DNA of 64,000 nt, from contig OZ242296.1 in the NCBI GenBank assembly GCA_965207735.1, forward strand, positions 3,360,001 to 3,424,000, written 5' to 3'. The notes under the pieces are model-generated. The model was not told where the DNA came from and made no database searches. It saw nothing but the letters and a program-made list of their open reading frames with translations. The number at the start of each line of letters is the position of its first letter. The stretch's first letter is position 1. This document shows, piece by piece, positions 11,101-18,911 of the stretch. The translations under genes were made by a program, and so were the position numbers. This DNA comes from Candidatus Versatilivorator sp. (lineage in GTDB: Bacteria; Acidobacteriota; Terriglobia; Versatilivoradales; Versatilivoraceae).

Positions 11101-14100
11101 TCGTCACGTCGAAGGCGCCGTTCTGCGCATCCGCCGGGCCGCTGACTTGTACGTCCGGACGCGACGAAATCACCGTAATCGTGAACGTATCCGTGACCGG
11201 GCTCAACCAACCCGGGCCGTCGCCGTCTGCGGTGATCGTGACCGTGTAGTCCTTTATTTCCGCGTTCGCGTCCACCGTTCCCGTTACCTGCTCCGACGCG
11301 GACTCGTACGACAAGCTGTCCGGCAGCCCTGTCAGTTCCACCTCCTTGTACTTCTCGTCGGCATCAACCACGATGTCAAACGCCGCAATCTGCTCGCCCT
11401 GCTGATACGTCTTGTCGCCCGGCGACGTGATATGCGGTCTCCCCCACATCACGAAGTAATTAAAACTGTGGGTCACCACGGCGTTCACGCCGTCGTCCGC
11501 GTTGATTTTCACAATGAACGCGTTATCCCTGCGGGCCGGAATCCGGTGCGTATTCGGCATCACCGTCCCGCTGACCGTGCCGCCCGAACATGAATCCGAA
11601 TCCGAATGGGACAGTCCCTGCGGCAGGCCTGTCACCGTCACCGTCACCTCGTCGCCGTCGTCGTCATGCACCTTGATGCACCACGGTAGGATCGTCTGGT
11701 ACTGAAAATCGTAATGTCGAATATTCAGCGGCTTGATCACCGGAGGACTGTTCGTCGTTGTGTCACCGTCGTCGAGGATCGTCCCTGTCGCCGTGTCGGT
11801 CGCCCTTACCGATAGCGACGCGCCGGAGACGCTCAGGCCCACGGTGAAGGTCTCGTCGGCTTCCTGGTACGCGTCCTCGGTCGTCGCCACGGTGAAGGTC
11901 CGTGTCTCGCCCGCCGTCCCGGCGAAAGTGATCGCCGTGGTGTTCTGGGTGTAGTCCACGCCGCTCCTCGCCGTGACGTCGGTGAAGCTCGGCGTCACGA
12001 TGAAGCCGACCGCCACCGCGCTGTCCAGCGTCACCGTGAACGTCATCGAATCGCCTTCGCTGGCCGAGGCGTCGGCAATCGTCACGGTCGCCGGATCGTC
12101 GTCGTTGATGATCGTTCCCGTCGCCGTGTCGCTCGCCGTTATGGTCTCCGTGGGCGCCGAGACGGCCAGGCTGACGGTAAAGGTTTCGTCCGCCTCGACA
12201 TCGGCGTCCTCGGTCGTCGCCACCGTGAAGGTCTGCTGCTCGCCCGCCGTCCCGGCGAAGCTGAGCGCGGCCGTGTTCTCCGTGTAGTCCGTGCCCTTCG
12301 CCGCCGTGACGTCGGTGAAGCTCGGCGTCACTGTGAAGCCGCCAGCCACCGCCTTGTTCAGCGTCACCGTGAACGTGAGGGAGTCGCCCTCGCCGGCCGA
12401 GGCGTCGGCCACGGTCACGGCGGTCGCGCCGTCGTCGTCGATGATCGTCCCCGTCGCCGTGTCGCTCGCCGTTATGGTCTCCGAGGTCCCCGAGGCGCGC
12501 AAGCTCACCGTGAAGGTCTCGTTTACCTCGACATCGGTATCCTCAATGGTCGCCATCGTGAAGGTCTGCTGCTCGCCCGCCGTCCCGGCGAACTCGAGAG
12601 CCTCTTCGTAAGCGGTGTAGTCGGTCCCCTCGGTCGCCGTGCCGTCGGTGAAGCTCAGATCGACGAGGAACTGGCCGGACACCGCCGCGTCCAGCGTCAC
12701 CGTGAACGTCATCGATTCGCCTTCGCTGGCCGAGGCGTCGGCAATCGTCAATGCCGGCGCGTCGTCGTTGGTGATCGTCCCCGTCGCCGTGTCGCTCGCC
12801 GTCACGGTCTCCGAGGTCCCCGAGACGGCCAGGCTGACGGTAAAGGTTTCGTCCGCCTCGATATCGGCGTCCTCGGTCGTCGCCACCGTGAAGGTCTGCT
12901 GCTCGCCCGCCGTCCCGGCGAAGCTGAGCGCGGCCGTGTTCTCCGTGTAGTCCGTGCCCTTCGCCGCCGTGACGTCGGTGAAGCTCGGCGTCACCGTCAG
13001 CCCGCCGGACACCGCCTTGTTCAGCGTCACCGTGAACGTGAGGGAGTCGCCCTCGCCGGCCGAGGCGTCGGCCACGGTCACGGCGGTCGCGCCGTCGTCG
13101 TCGATGATCGTCCCCCTCGCCGTGTCGCTCGCTGTCACCGCCAACTGCGTCCCCGACACGCTCAGGCTCACCGTGAACGTCTCGTGTGCCTCGACATCGG
13201 TATCCTCGGTGGTCACCATCGTGAAGGTCTGCTGCTCGCCCGCCGTCCCGGCGAACTCGAGAGCCTCTTCGTAAGCGGTGTAGTCGGTCCCCTCGGTCGC
13301 CGTGCCATCGGTGAAGCTCAGATCGACGAGGAACTGGCCGGACACCGCCGCGTCCAGCGTCACCGTGAACGTCATCGATTCGCCTTCGCTGGCCGAGGCG
13401 TCGGCAATCGTCAATGCCGGCGCGTCGTCGTTGGTGATCGTCCCCGTCGCCGTGTCGCTCGCCGTCACGGTCTCCGAGGTCCCCGAGACGGCCAGGCTGA
13501 CGGTAAAGGTTTCGTCCGCCTCGATATCGGCGTCCTCGGTCGTCGCCACCGTGAAGGTCTGCTGCTCGCCCGCCGTCCCGGCGAAGCTGAGCGCGGCCGT
13601 GTTCTCCGTGTAGTCCGTGCCCTTCGCCGCCGTGACGTCGGTGAAGCTCGGCGTCACCGTCAGCCCGCCGGACACCGCCCTGCTCAGCGTCACCGTGAAC
13701 GAGATCGAGTCCCCCTCATCGGCTGAAACGTCCTCGATCGTCACTTTCGGCGCCCCCGGTGGGGTCACCGTGATCGTGAACGTCTCCGTCACAGCGGGAT
13801 AGCCCCGGCCGTCGGCGGTGATCTTGACCGTGTAGGCCTTGACATCCGCGTCCGCAGCCACGGTCCCCTGCACCTGCCCCGACGCGTACGACAAACCCGT
13901 CGGCAGACCCGTCACCGTGACCGTCGTGCTGCTTGGGTCGGTGACCTGGATGGCGAACGGCGCGATCGCCTCGCCCTGCTCATACGTCTTGTCGCCGGGC
14001 ACCGTGATCTCCGGCGCGCCCCAATACACGGTGTATTGGAAGATTCTGGTCACTGTCGCGGCCACGCCATCGTCCGCCTTGATGGTCACGTACCAAAATT

Positions 14101-17100
14101 TGGACTGTCCGGCCGGAATCCGGGGGGCGTCCGGCAGTGGCGTTCCTCGTACGGCGCCGTCCGAATAGGACAGCCCGGGCGGCAGATTCTCCAGCGTCAG
14201 CGTCAACGTGTCGCCGTCGGCATCGCTTACGGGGATGGTCCACGGCTCAAGCGGCTGGTACTGGAAAGCGCGGATTCCATCTAGCTCCCCGATCACTGGC
14301 GGCGAGTTCGGTCCCTCGGGCTCTGACGGCTCCGGCGCTGCGGTGTCGAGGATCGTCCCCGTCGCCGTGTCGGTCGCCTTCACCCACAACGACGTGTTGG
14401 TGAGGCTCAAGCCCACCGTGAACGTCTTGCTCGATGTGTCCTGCTGGTCAGCGGTCGTCGCCACGGTGAAGGTCTTCTGCTCGCCCGCGTTGCCGGCGAA
14501 GGTGAGCGCCGCGGTGTTCTGGGTGTAGTCCGTGCCGCTCGCCGCCGTGCCGTCGGTAAAGCTCGGCGTCACGGTGAAGCCGCCGACGACCGCTCTGTCC
14601 ACCGTCGCGGTGAAGGTGATCGCGTTCCCCTCCCTGGCTGACGCGTCAGAGATTGTCACGGCTGCGCCGTCGTCGTCGGTGATCGTCACCGTCCCGGTGT
14701 CGGTCGCCGTCACCCCCGGCGGCGCGCCGGATACTTCGAAGCCGACGGTGAAGGTCTCCGTCCCCTCGACGATCTCGTCGTTGACGGTATTGAACGATAG
14801 GTCACGGCTCTCGTTGGGCCAGCCGCCGAAGGGGAGCTGAATAGGGATGCCGCGGAAGTCGCTGTCCTTGGTGGCGGTGCCGTTGGTGACTACCGTTTTC
14901 AGGAGGAGGCCGCCCTGCACCCCCTTGTCGATCCTCACACTGAAGGCCATGGGCACCAACGACGTGTAGGTCTCCACCCCGGTTGCGTCATCGACCGTCA
15001 CGGTCGCGAAGTCGTCGTTGGTAACCGTGCCGGTCGCCGTATCGGTTGCCGTTACGGTCTCCGACGTCCCGGAGACGGCCAGGCTCACCGTGAACGTCTC
15101 GTCGTATTCCACCACCTCGTCCTCGGTGGTGGCCACCGTGAAGGTGCGCTGCTCGCCCGCCGTCCCGGTGAAGCTGATGCCCGCCGTGTTCGCGGTGTAG
15201 TCGGTACCCTTCGCGGCCTTCCCGCCACTGAAGGAGGGCGTCACGGTGAAGCCGCCCGACACCGCCTTGTTCAGCGTCACCGTGAACGTGAGCGAGTCGC
15301 CCTCGCCGGCCGATGCGTCGGTGACCGTCACGGACGTCGTCCCGTCGTCGTCGATGATCGTCCCCGTCGCCGGATCGGTCGCCTTCATCGGCTCCGTCGT
15401 CCCGGAGACGCTCAGACTGACGGTGAAGGTCTCATGGGCTTCCACGGCCGCATCCTCGGTCGTGGCCACGGTGAAGGTCTGCGTCTCGCCCGCCGTGCCG
15501 GCGAAGCTGATCCCCGCCGTGTTCGCGGTGTAGTCCGTGCCCTTGGTGGCGGTGCCGCCGGCGAAGCCGGGCGTCACGGTGAAGCCGCCCGACACCGCCT
15601 TGTCCAGCGCCACCGTGAACGTGATCTGGTCGCCCTCGGAGGCAGATGCGTCAGCCACGGTCAGGGCGGGAGCATCCAGGTCGGCCTGCACGCTGCATGG
15701 CTGCGCCGCCAGGTTGCCGTAACCGTCATTGTCCGTAGCCACGTTCGCTGGAACGCCAATCGTCACCGTCCCGCTGGCTGCCGGCGTGATGTAGACCGAG
15801 GCGGTTCCATTCGTTTCGGCCCACCCGGTCACCCGTCCGTTGTCCACCGTCACGTCGGCCCGCGCGAACCCGGACACCGACTCCGAAAACTTGATGCTCA
15901 ACCCGAATGTGTCCGTCTGCACACCGGTCGGACAACTGATGGTCACCGTCGGCTCACCCAAGTTGGCCTGCACTGAATACTGGACCGCCGCCAAGTTGCC
16001 GTTGTTATCGCCATCCGTGGCCACATTCTCCGCCACGTCCACCGTCACCGTCCCGCTGGCCGCCGGCGTGATGTAGACCGTGGCGTTTCCATTCGTCTCG
16101 GCCCACCCGGTCACCCGTCCGTTGCCCACCGTCACGTCCGCCTGCGCGAACCCAGACACCGACTCCGAGAAGGTGATCGTCACTTGGAACGCGCCCGCCT
16201 GCGCACTCGTCGGACCACTGATGACCACCGTCGGCTGCGCCAGAGCCACGGTCACGCTGAATCGGCTCGCCGCCGTGTTGCTGTGGCCCGCTCCATCCAC
16301 GGCCACGCCCGCGGCCACATCCACCGTCAGCGTCCCGCTGGCCGTCGGCGTGATCGTGGCCGTATAGCTCGACCCCGAACCGGAAAGCGCCGCCGCGGCC
16401 CCGCCGCCGACCGTCACGTCTCCTTTATCGAACCCGGTCACCGACTCCGAGAAGGTGATCGTCACGTCGAAGGAGTCGCTCTGGCTGGCCGTCGGGCCAC
16501 TGATGCTCACCGTCGGAGCATCGAAGTCAGCCTCCACCGAATATTGGGGCGCCGCCACGTTACCGTACTCCACCCCGTCCTCGACTACGTTCTCCGCTAC
16601 GTCCACCGTCACCGTTCCCGTGGCCGCCGGCGTGATCGTGGCCGACCAGGTATCGTACGAGCCGGAAAAATTGGTCATCGACCCGTTGCCGACCGTCACA
16701 TCTCCCTGCGTGAACCCGTACACCTCCTCCGAAAAGACGATCCTGACGAGAAACGCCCCTTTCTGAGTAGTGGTCGGACCCGTGATGTCCACCGTCGGAC
16801 GATTCCAATGCGGCTCGACCGTGATCGTGAACGTCTCCGTCACCGCCGTGTTCACGCCGTCATCGGCCGAGACCGTCACGGTGTGGTCCTGTATTGCCGC
16901 GTTGACCGCCACGATCCCCTGCACCTGGCCGCTCGCGTACGACAGCCCCGAGGGCAGGCCGGTCAGCGTCACCGTCACCGTGTCCTGGTCTGCATCCGTC
17001 ACCGTGATCCCGAACGCCGTGATGCTCTCCCCCTGCTCGTAGCTCTTGTCGCCCGGTGTGGTGATCACCGGAGCGGAGTTGACCGTCTGCCTCGCCCGAG

Positions 17101-18442
17101 CCGGCTTGGTCACCGTGATCGTGAACGTCTCCGTCACCGCCGCGTTGACCCCGTCGTCCGCCGAGATCGTCACGGTGTGGTCCTGCGCCGCCGCGTCGCC
17201 CGCCACCGTTCCCTGCACCTGGCCGCTCGTGTACGACAGCCCCGACGGCAGGCCGGAGAGCTCCACCGTCACCGTATCCTCGTCGGCATCCGTCACCGTG
17301 ATCCCGAACGAGGTGATCGTCTCGCCCTGCTCGTAGGTCTTGTCGCCGGGCGCGGTAATCACCGGCGCCGCGTTCGACGCCGCCTCCGCCTGCACCGAAT
17401 GCCGGCTCGCCGGCATGTTGGGGTTGCCCGTTGCATCCGTTGCCCTGTGCGCGGCCACGTCAACCGTCACGGTCCCGGCGTCCGCCGGCGCGATCGTCGC
17501 CGTGTAGCTCCGCCCCGAACCGGAAAAGGCCGTCACCGACCCGTTGCCCACTGTCAGGTCCCCCTGCTCGAATCCCGTCATCGATTCCGTGAAGGTGAAG
17601 GTCACGTCAAACGGTCCAGTCTGGAGTCCCGTCGGGCCACTGATGGTCACCGTGGGACGAGTCTGGTCCCCCTCCACCGAAAACCGGCTCGCCGCCGTGT
17701 TGCCGTTGTCATCCGCATCCGCAGCCACGTTCGCGCCCACGTCCACCGTCACCGTTCCGGAGAACCCCGGAGTGATCCTGATCTTGGCTCTATAGCTGGC
17801 TCCCGAACCGGAAAACTCCCTGACGAATCCATTGCCCACCGCCACGTCCGCCTTCTCGAACCCCGTCACCGGCTCGGAGAAGGCGATGCGCACGTCGAAC
17901 GCGCCTCTCTGGGGCGCCGTCGGGCCGCTGATGGTCACCGTTGGAGAGGTTTGATCCGCTGGAGGGGTTTGATCCGCCTCGCTCACCGTGATCGTGAACG
18001 TCTCCGTCACCGCCGCGTTCACCCCGTCGTCCGCCGAAATCGTCGCGGTGTAAGCCTGCGCCGTGGCACCGGCGGCTACCGTCCCCTGAACCTGGTCGCT
18101 GGTGTAGGACAGCCCCGACGGCAGCCCCGTCACCGTTACCGTTACCGTGTCCCCGTCCGCGTCCGACACCATGATCCCGAACGAAGTGATCGTCTCTCCC
18201 TGCTCGTAGGACTCGTCTCCAGGAGACGTGATCACCGGCGGAGCGTTGGCCGGGGCCGATTGCCCTAATGCCGACCCAACAGACAGGATGGCATTCATCG
18301 CGACGACAGCGACGGCCAGGAGGGGGATGGCCGCCTTGGCCAAGGCATGGCAAGCCCCGGAGAGCTTGCCATAAGCTAACAGGTTGGGCGGCTGTGCGGA
18401 GGGTGATGAGATTCCATCGAGCATTGGCGGAAACCCTTTCAC
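2138..18442 (-). CDS. Giant (5434 aa) repetitive surface adhesin with Calx-beta, putative-Ig (He_PIG-like), bacterial Ig-like and cadherin-like domains and a C-terminal autotransporter-like beta-barrel
   Basis: N-terminal hydrophobic signal. By my count ~27 Calx-beta repeats (ADASA.EGD.LTFTVTL..ATEGTDY..DETFTV..ATGTI.DDD), 7 He_PIG-like (GLPSGLSY..GQVQGT) and 9 Ig-like (PTVTISGP..FSE.V.GF) units, then NHAPVAVDD cadherin-like domains, a helical linker FGRTVASQAVDAI, and amphipathic strands ending YRIGISLVLNF. Confidence 0.9.
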   Translation of the reverse strand: MKGFPPMLDGISSPSAQPPNLLAYGKLSGACHALAKAAIPLLAVAVVAMNAILSVGSALGQSAPANAPPVITSPGDESYEQGETITSFGIMVSDADGDTVTVTVTGLPSGLSYTSDQVQGTVAAGATAQAYTATISADDGVNAAVTETFTITVSEADQTPPADQTSPTVTISGPTAPQRGAFDVRIAFSEPVTGFEKADVAVGNGFVREFSGSGASYRAKIRITPGFSGTVTVDVGANVAADADDNGNTAASRFSVEGDQTRPTVTISGPTGLQTGPFDVTFTFTESMTGFEQGDLTVGNGSVTAFSGSGRSYTATIAPADAGTVTVDVAAHRATDATGNPNMPASRHSVQAEAASNAAPVITAPGDKTYEQGETITSFGITVTDADEDTVTVELSGLPSGLSYTSGQVQGTVAGDAAAQDHTVTISADDGVNAAVTETFTITVTKPARARQTVNSAPVITTPGDKSYEQGESITAFGITVTDADQDTVTVTLTGLPSGLSYASGQVQGIVAVNAAIQDHTVTVSADDGVNTAVTETFTITVEPHWNRPTVDITGPTTTQKGAFLVRIVFSEEVYGFTQGDVTVGNGSMTNFSGSYDTWSATITPAATGTVTVDVAENVVEDGVEYGNVAAPQYSVEADFDAPTVSISGPTASQSDSFDVTITFSESVTGFDKGDVTVGGGAAAALSGSGSSYTATITPTASGTLTVDVAAGVAVDGAGHSNTAASRFSVTVALAQPTVVISGPTSAQAGAFQVTITFSESVSGFAQADVTVGNGRVTGWAETNGNATVYITPAASGTVTVDVAENVATDGDNNGNLAAVQYSVQANLGEPTVTISCPTGVQTDTFGLSIKFSESVSGFARADVTVDNGRVTGWAETNGTASVYITPAASGTVTIGVPANVATDNDGYGNLAAQPCSVQADLDAPALTVADASASEGDQITFTVALDKAVSGGFTVTPGFAGGTATKGTDYTANTAGISFAGTAGETQTFTVATTEDAAVEAHETFTVSLSVSGTTEPMKATDPATGTIIDDDGTTSVTVTDASAGEGDSLTFTVTLNKAVSGGFTVTPSFSGGKAAKGTDYTANTAGISFTGTAGEQRTFTVATTEDEVVEYDETFTVSLAVSGTSETVTATDTATGTVTNDDFATVTVDDATGVETYTSLVPMAFSVRIDKGVQGGLLLKTVVTNGTATKDSDFRGIPIQLPFGGWPNESRDLSFNTVNDEIVEGTETFTVGFEVSGAPPGVTATDTGTVTITDDDGAAVTISDASAREGNAITFTATVDRAVVGGFTVTPSFTDGTAASGTDYTQNTAALTFAGNAGEQKTFTVATTADQQDTSSKTFTVGLSLTNTSLWVKATDTATGTILDTAAPEPSEPEGPNSPPVIGELDGIRAFQYQPLEPWTIPVSDADGDTLTLTLENLPPGLSYSDGAVRGTPLPDAPRIPAGQSKFWYVTIKADDGVAATVTRIFQYTVYWGAPEITVPGDKTYEQGEAIAPFAIQVTDPSSTTVTVTGLPTGLSYASGQVQGTVAADADVKAYTVKITADGRGYPAVTETFTITVTPPGAPKVTIEDVSADEGDSISFTVTLSRAVSGGLTVTPSFTDVTAAKGTDYTENTAALSFAGTAGEQQTFTVATTEDADIEADETFTVSLAVSGTSETVTASDTATGTITNDDAPALTIADASASEGESMTFTVTLDAAVSGQFLVDLSFTDGTATEGTDYTAYEEALEFAGTAGEQQTFTMVTTEDTDVEAHETFTVSLSVSGTQLAVTASDTARGTIIDDDGATAVTVADASAGEGDSLTFTVTLNKAVSGGLTVTPSFTDVTAAKGTDYTENTAALSFAGTAGEQQTFTVATTEDADIEADETFTVSLAVSGTSETVTASDTATGTITNDDAPALTIADASASEGESMTFTVTLDAAVSGQFLVDLSFTDGTATEGTDYTAYEEALEFAGTAGEQQTFTMATIEDTDVEVNETFTVSLRASGTSETITASDTATGTIIDDDGATAVTVADASAGEGDSLTFTVTLNKAVAGGFTVTPSFTDVTAAKGTDYTENTAALSFAGTAGEQQTFTVATTEDADVEADETFTVSLAVSAPTETITASDTATGTIINDDDPATVTIADASASEGDSMTFTVTLDSAVAVGFIVTPSFTDVTARSGVDYTQNTTAITFAGTAGETRTFTVATTEDAYQEADETFTVGLSVSGASLSVRATDTATGTILDDGDTTTNSPPVIKPLNIRHYDFQYQTILPWCIKVHDDDGDEVTVTVTGLPQGLSHSDSDSCSGGTVSGTVMPNTHRIPARRDNAFIVKINADDGVNAVVTHSFNYFVMWGRPHITSPGDKTYQQGEQIAAFDIVVDADEKYKEVELTGLPDSLSYESASEQVTGTVDANAEIKDYTVTITADGDGPGWLSPVTDTFTITVISSRPDVQVSGPADAQNGAFDVTITFTESVTGFEKGDVTVGNGTATALSGSGSSYTATITPTASGTVTVDVDENVAEDGASNGNTAASRYSVEADLDAPTVSITGPTASQSDSFDVTITFTESVTGFEQEEVTVGNGAATALTGSGASYTATITPTASGTLTVDVDENVAEDGAGNGNTAADQFTVPVDLTRPTVVISCPTVTQTGAFDVGIAFSESVTGFEQAEATVGNGTVTALTGSGASYTATITPAATGTLTVDVAENVAADGEGHGNLAAQRCRVQVNLDDPKLTIFDESASEGDSMTFTVTLDKDVSGGFTVTPSFIDVTATKGTDYTENTAALSFKGTAGEEQTFTVATIEDAANEPDETFTVGLSVSGTSLAVTDTEIATGTITDDDVLQRTGVTIADGIAAEGDSLTFTMTLNNAVSGGFTVTPSFTDVTATKGTDYTENTAALSFKGTAGEQQTLTVATIDDADPEPNEVLEMSLSVSGTTAKVTVEDVKGLIIDDDAPAVTVDDASAAEGDSITFTVTLDNAVSGGLTVTPSFTDGTATEGTDYTENTAALTFTGTADETQSFTVATTEDTGVESDETFTVSLTVSGTSETVRATDIARGTITNDDGEAALTIADASAEEGDSITFTVTLDKAVSGGLAVTPVFTDETATEGTDYTENTDALTFTGTAGEEQTFTVATTEDTEGESDETFTVSLTVSGTSATVASDTAIGTVTDDDHMGHSPAVVTVADASADEGDAITFTVTLDKAVSGGLTVTPSFTDGTATKGTDYTENTAAITFAGSTGETQTFTVATTEDTEGESDETFTVGLAVSGLSGPETVTATDTATGTIVDDELPALSIADASASEGDSLTFTVTLDKAVSGGLTVTPSFTDGTATKGTDYTENTAAVTFAGSTGETQTFTVATTEDADAELDETFTVDLTVTTTQTPVAATDTATGTITNDDGTVAAVTIEDASAAEGDQITFTVTLDKAVSGGLTVTPAFTDETATEGTDYTENTAALTFTGTAGETQTFTVATTEDTDAELDETFTVDLTVSGTQSPVAATDTATGTITNDDGAVPAVTIEDASAAEGDQITFTVTLDKAVSGGLTVTPAFTDETATEGTDYTENTTALTFTGTAGETQTFTVATTEDSDAENDETFTVNLTVSGTQATVTATDTATGTITNDDGALAAVTIGDASASEGDSLTFTVTLDKAVSGGLTVTPGFADGTAAEGTDYTENTAALGFTGTAGETQSFTVTTTEDRVVEEDETFTVSLNVSDTSTTVRATDTATGTITNDDGLPSRGTAVVTIASASAAEGESLTFRVTLNLAVQGGLTVTPSFTDDTATGGTDYTENTAALSFTGTTGEEQTITVATTEDAVVEEDETFTVSLSVSDAPSGVTVGDPATGTITDDDGGTTGNNATVTIANASAVEGDSLTFTVTLNRAVQGGLTVTPSFADGTAVADSDYTANVEALSFVGTLGETQTIVVETVEDAAAETEETFTVSLSVSNAPSGVTVGDPATGTISDDDGAEPAVTVADASTDEGDPMTFTVTLNQVVQGGLTVTPSFSDGTATESTDYTADPVPLSFTGTAGEQQTITVETVEDAVVEADETFTVSLAVSGASTTVTATDTATGTITDDDGGTTGGNATVTIANASAVEGNSLTFTVTLNQAVQGGLTVTPSFSDGTATESTDYTANPVPLSFTGTAGEQQTITVETVEDTVVEEDETFTVSLSVSNAPSGVTVGDPATGTISDDDGATGGTPTVTIANASAVEGDSLTFTVTLNQAVQGGLAVTPGFSDGTAVAGTDYTENTAALSFTGTAGEEQTFTVETIEDEVVEDDETFTVSLNVSNAPSGVTVGDPATGTISDDDGATGGTPTVTIADASAVEGDSLTFTVTLNQAVQGGLAVTPGFSDGTAVAGTDYTENTAALSFTGTAGEEQTFTVETIEDEVVEDDETFTVSLNVSNAPSGVTVGDPATGTISDDDGATGGTPTVTIANASAVEGDSLTFTVTLNQAVQGGLTVTPGFSDGTAVAGTDYTENTAALSFTGTAGEEQTFTVETIEDEVVEDDETFTVSLNVSNAPSGVTVGDPATGTISDDDGATGGTPTVTIANASAVEGDSLTFTVTLNQAVQGGLAVTPGFSDGTAVAGTDYTENTAALGFTGTAGEEQTFTVETIEDEVVEDDETFTVSLNVSNAPSGVTAGGPATGTITNDNGGDTGKNHAPVAVDDSITVLRGGTISLLSNEYKSAYAVNREEYPTGRTEEPPDDTNNDWDQLQSPQSNFFPQSSVLANDSDLEDGLDQLSVELITSPDHGHLTLNRDGTFTFVHDGSRGSHEDRFTYQVRDSHGASSNIATVKIMVISLNAGPEGEPIPDQVLTLGSDGTVDVASYFTDPDGDPLSYDARASDGSSTVEVNLSGSEVVLTPVAIASTRITVTARDPEGLSAEQSFGVMVESVQDRRSRLLELSLAVFGRTVASQAVDAIGGRFEVSSRESRANFGGRRLDVETAPDDQGRSRVAEWLQTAASLLGTESIASDSLTRTPAAGRPVPGQWDVAGRQAKTQTELSPGGGLSGGSGAGGFGAGSLPLATGRNGFNRLSSRNLMSNSSFQFAPDKDGSQGSNWMLWGQGVRSSLHGQPQPDMGLDGRVGAAYLGADRRWGAKALVGLAASHSVGVLDFANGGNGGNDLEVGARLTSALPYLKWSPRPGFDLWGLMGYGRGAAEVEVEGDSVEMGIDVRLAALGGRSDLTRLGAVDLALKADAFAVSVGSEAVGGLKAVNGHTQRARLMLEGRTDWTLSSNSRLTPSLEVGARMDGGDAETGIGAELAGGASFANRRLGLVVEARGHWLIAHQDRNFRERGARLTVRLDPGADGKGWGFSLAPLWGNTSGGADALWRSEQMPVGRNRTEEQTGVHLRPNRTQADLSYRLETWGGRGRLGPFAKMDLEGLDSPRLGGGLRLEVSGASKSISEMVADGLRLELFGDYRRRRPDPAAGLSVGPSGSPDYRIGISLVLNF
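4596..5975 (-). repeat. Four near-identical 345-bp tandem Calx-beta coding repeats
   Basis: Same sequence recurs at about 4596, 4941, 5286 and 5631; shadow ORFs start at 4734/5079/5424/5769 (345-bp period). Confidence 0.9.
12158..13680 (-). repeat. 663-bp period duplication (two-domain Calx-beta unit) inside adhesin
   Basis: CGAGACGGCCAGGCTGACGGTAAAGGTTTCGTCCGCCTCGA recurs near 12158, 12821 and 13484. Confidence 0.85.
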
Positions 18443-18498
18443 AATGGATGAATGTGGCCCTTGCGGCCGGAAGGCATGGCATGCCCATCACCACCAAG

Positions 18499-18515
18499 TG
18501 CAATTCCCGTGCCAA
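18499..18515 (-). promoter_or_regulatory. Sigma54 (-24/-12) promoter of the giant adhesin
   Basis: Minus strand TTGGCACGGGAATTGCA matches the consensus TGGCACG-N4-TTGCA, ~57 nt upstream of the GTG start, preceded by an AT-rich tract. Confidence 0.85.
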
Positions 18516-18593
18516 AGTAAAAAAAATTAAGTAAGTCCTTTTAAGGAAGCCACTTTGGATGTCGTGACCGCACAATGCTCAACTGACGCGAGC

Positions 18594-18723
18594 GTCTCAA
18601 CATGAGACTGTGATTCAACGACCTCGACGGCCTCTGTGGAAACAAGCCGCATGATTTCAGCTAGTTATAGGGAATTGGCAGGGGAGCGAGTCTCAATACT
18701 AAACCCAAGTCTCATCTTGAGAT
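18594..18723. promoter_or_regulatory. Putative enhancer (UAS) palindromes GTCTCA-N3-TGAGAY
   Basis: GTCTCA-ACA-TGAGAC at 18594-18608, GTCTCA-TCT-TGAGAT at 18709-18723, half-site at 18690. They lie ~80-210 bp upstream of the sigma54 site. Confidence 0.55.
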
Positions 18724-18888
18724 ACTCGACGAGGCAGGAATCGACGGTAAAGAGAGACTCGACCAGCAGGAAAGGCTGGCAGGCTTGGCCAACTTGGTGA
18801 GCCGATATTGAAAATGGGGGGTTTCGACAGCGCGGTGATCCATGACAGGCTGCCGAAAAAAATCGGGGTTGTAGGGTATATGCCGATT

Positions 18889-18911
18889 CAAATTGTGCAG
18901 ACAATTTGCCA
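18889..18911 (-). promoter_or_regulatory. Palindromic operator CAAATTGT-N4-ACAATTTG overlapping a weaker sigma54-like site
   Basis: Perfect 8-bp inverted repeat at 18889-18908; minus strand TGGCAAATTGTCTGCA keeps the GG-N10-GC spacing. Confidence 0.4.

Noticed and set aside
11441-15005. Diversity-generating retroelement acting on the variable adhesin modules
   Set aside because: In the Calx-beta variant I compared, differences from sibling repeats are not adenine-specific, and no reverse transcriptase or template repeat is in the window.
4443-17795. Regular array of ~110-aa plus-strand ORFs
   Set aside because: Antisense shadows of the Calx-beta repeats; each ends at the reverse complement of the conserved Tyr codon (TAC read as GTAG/TAG).
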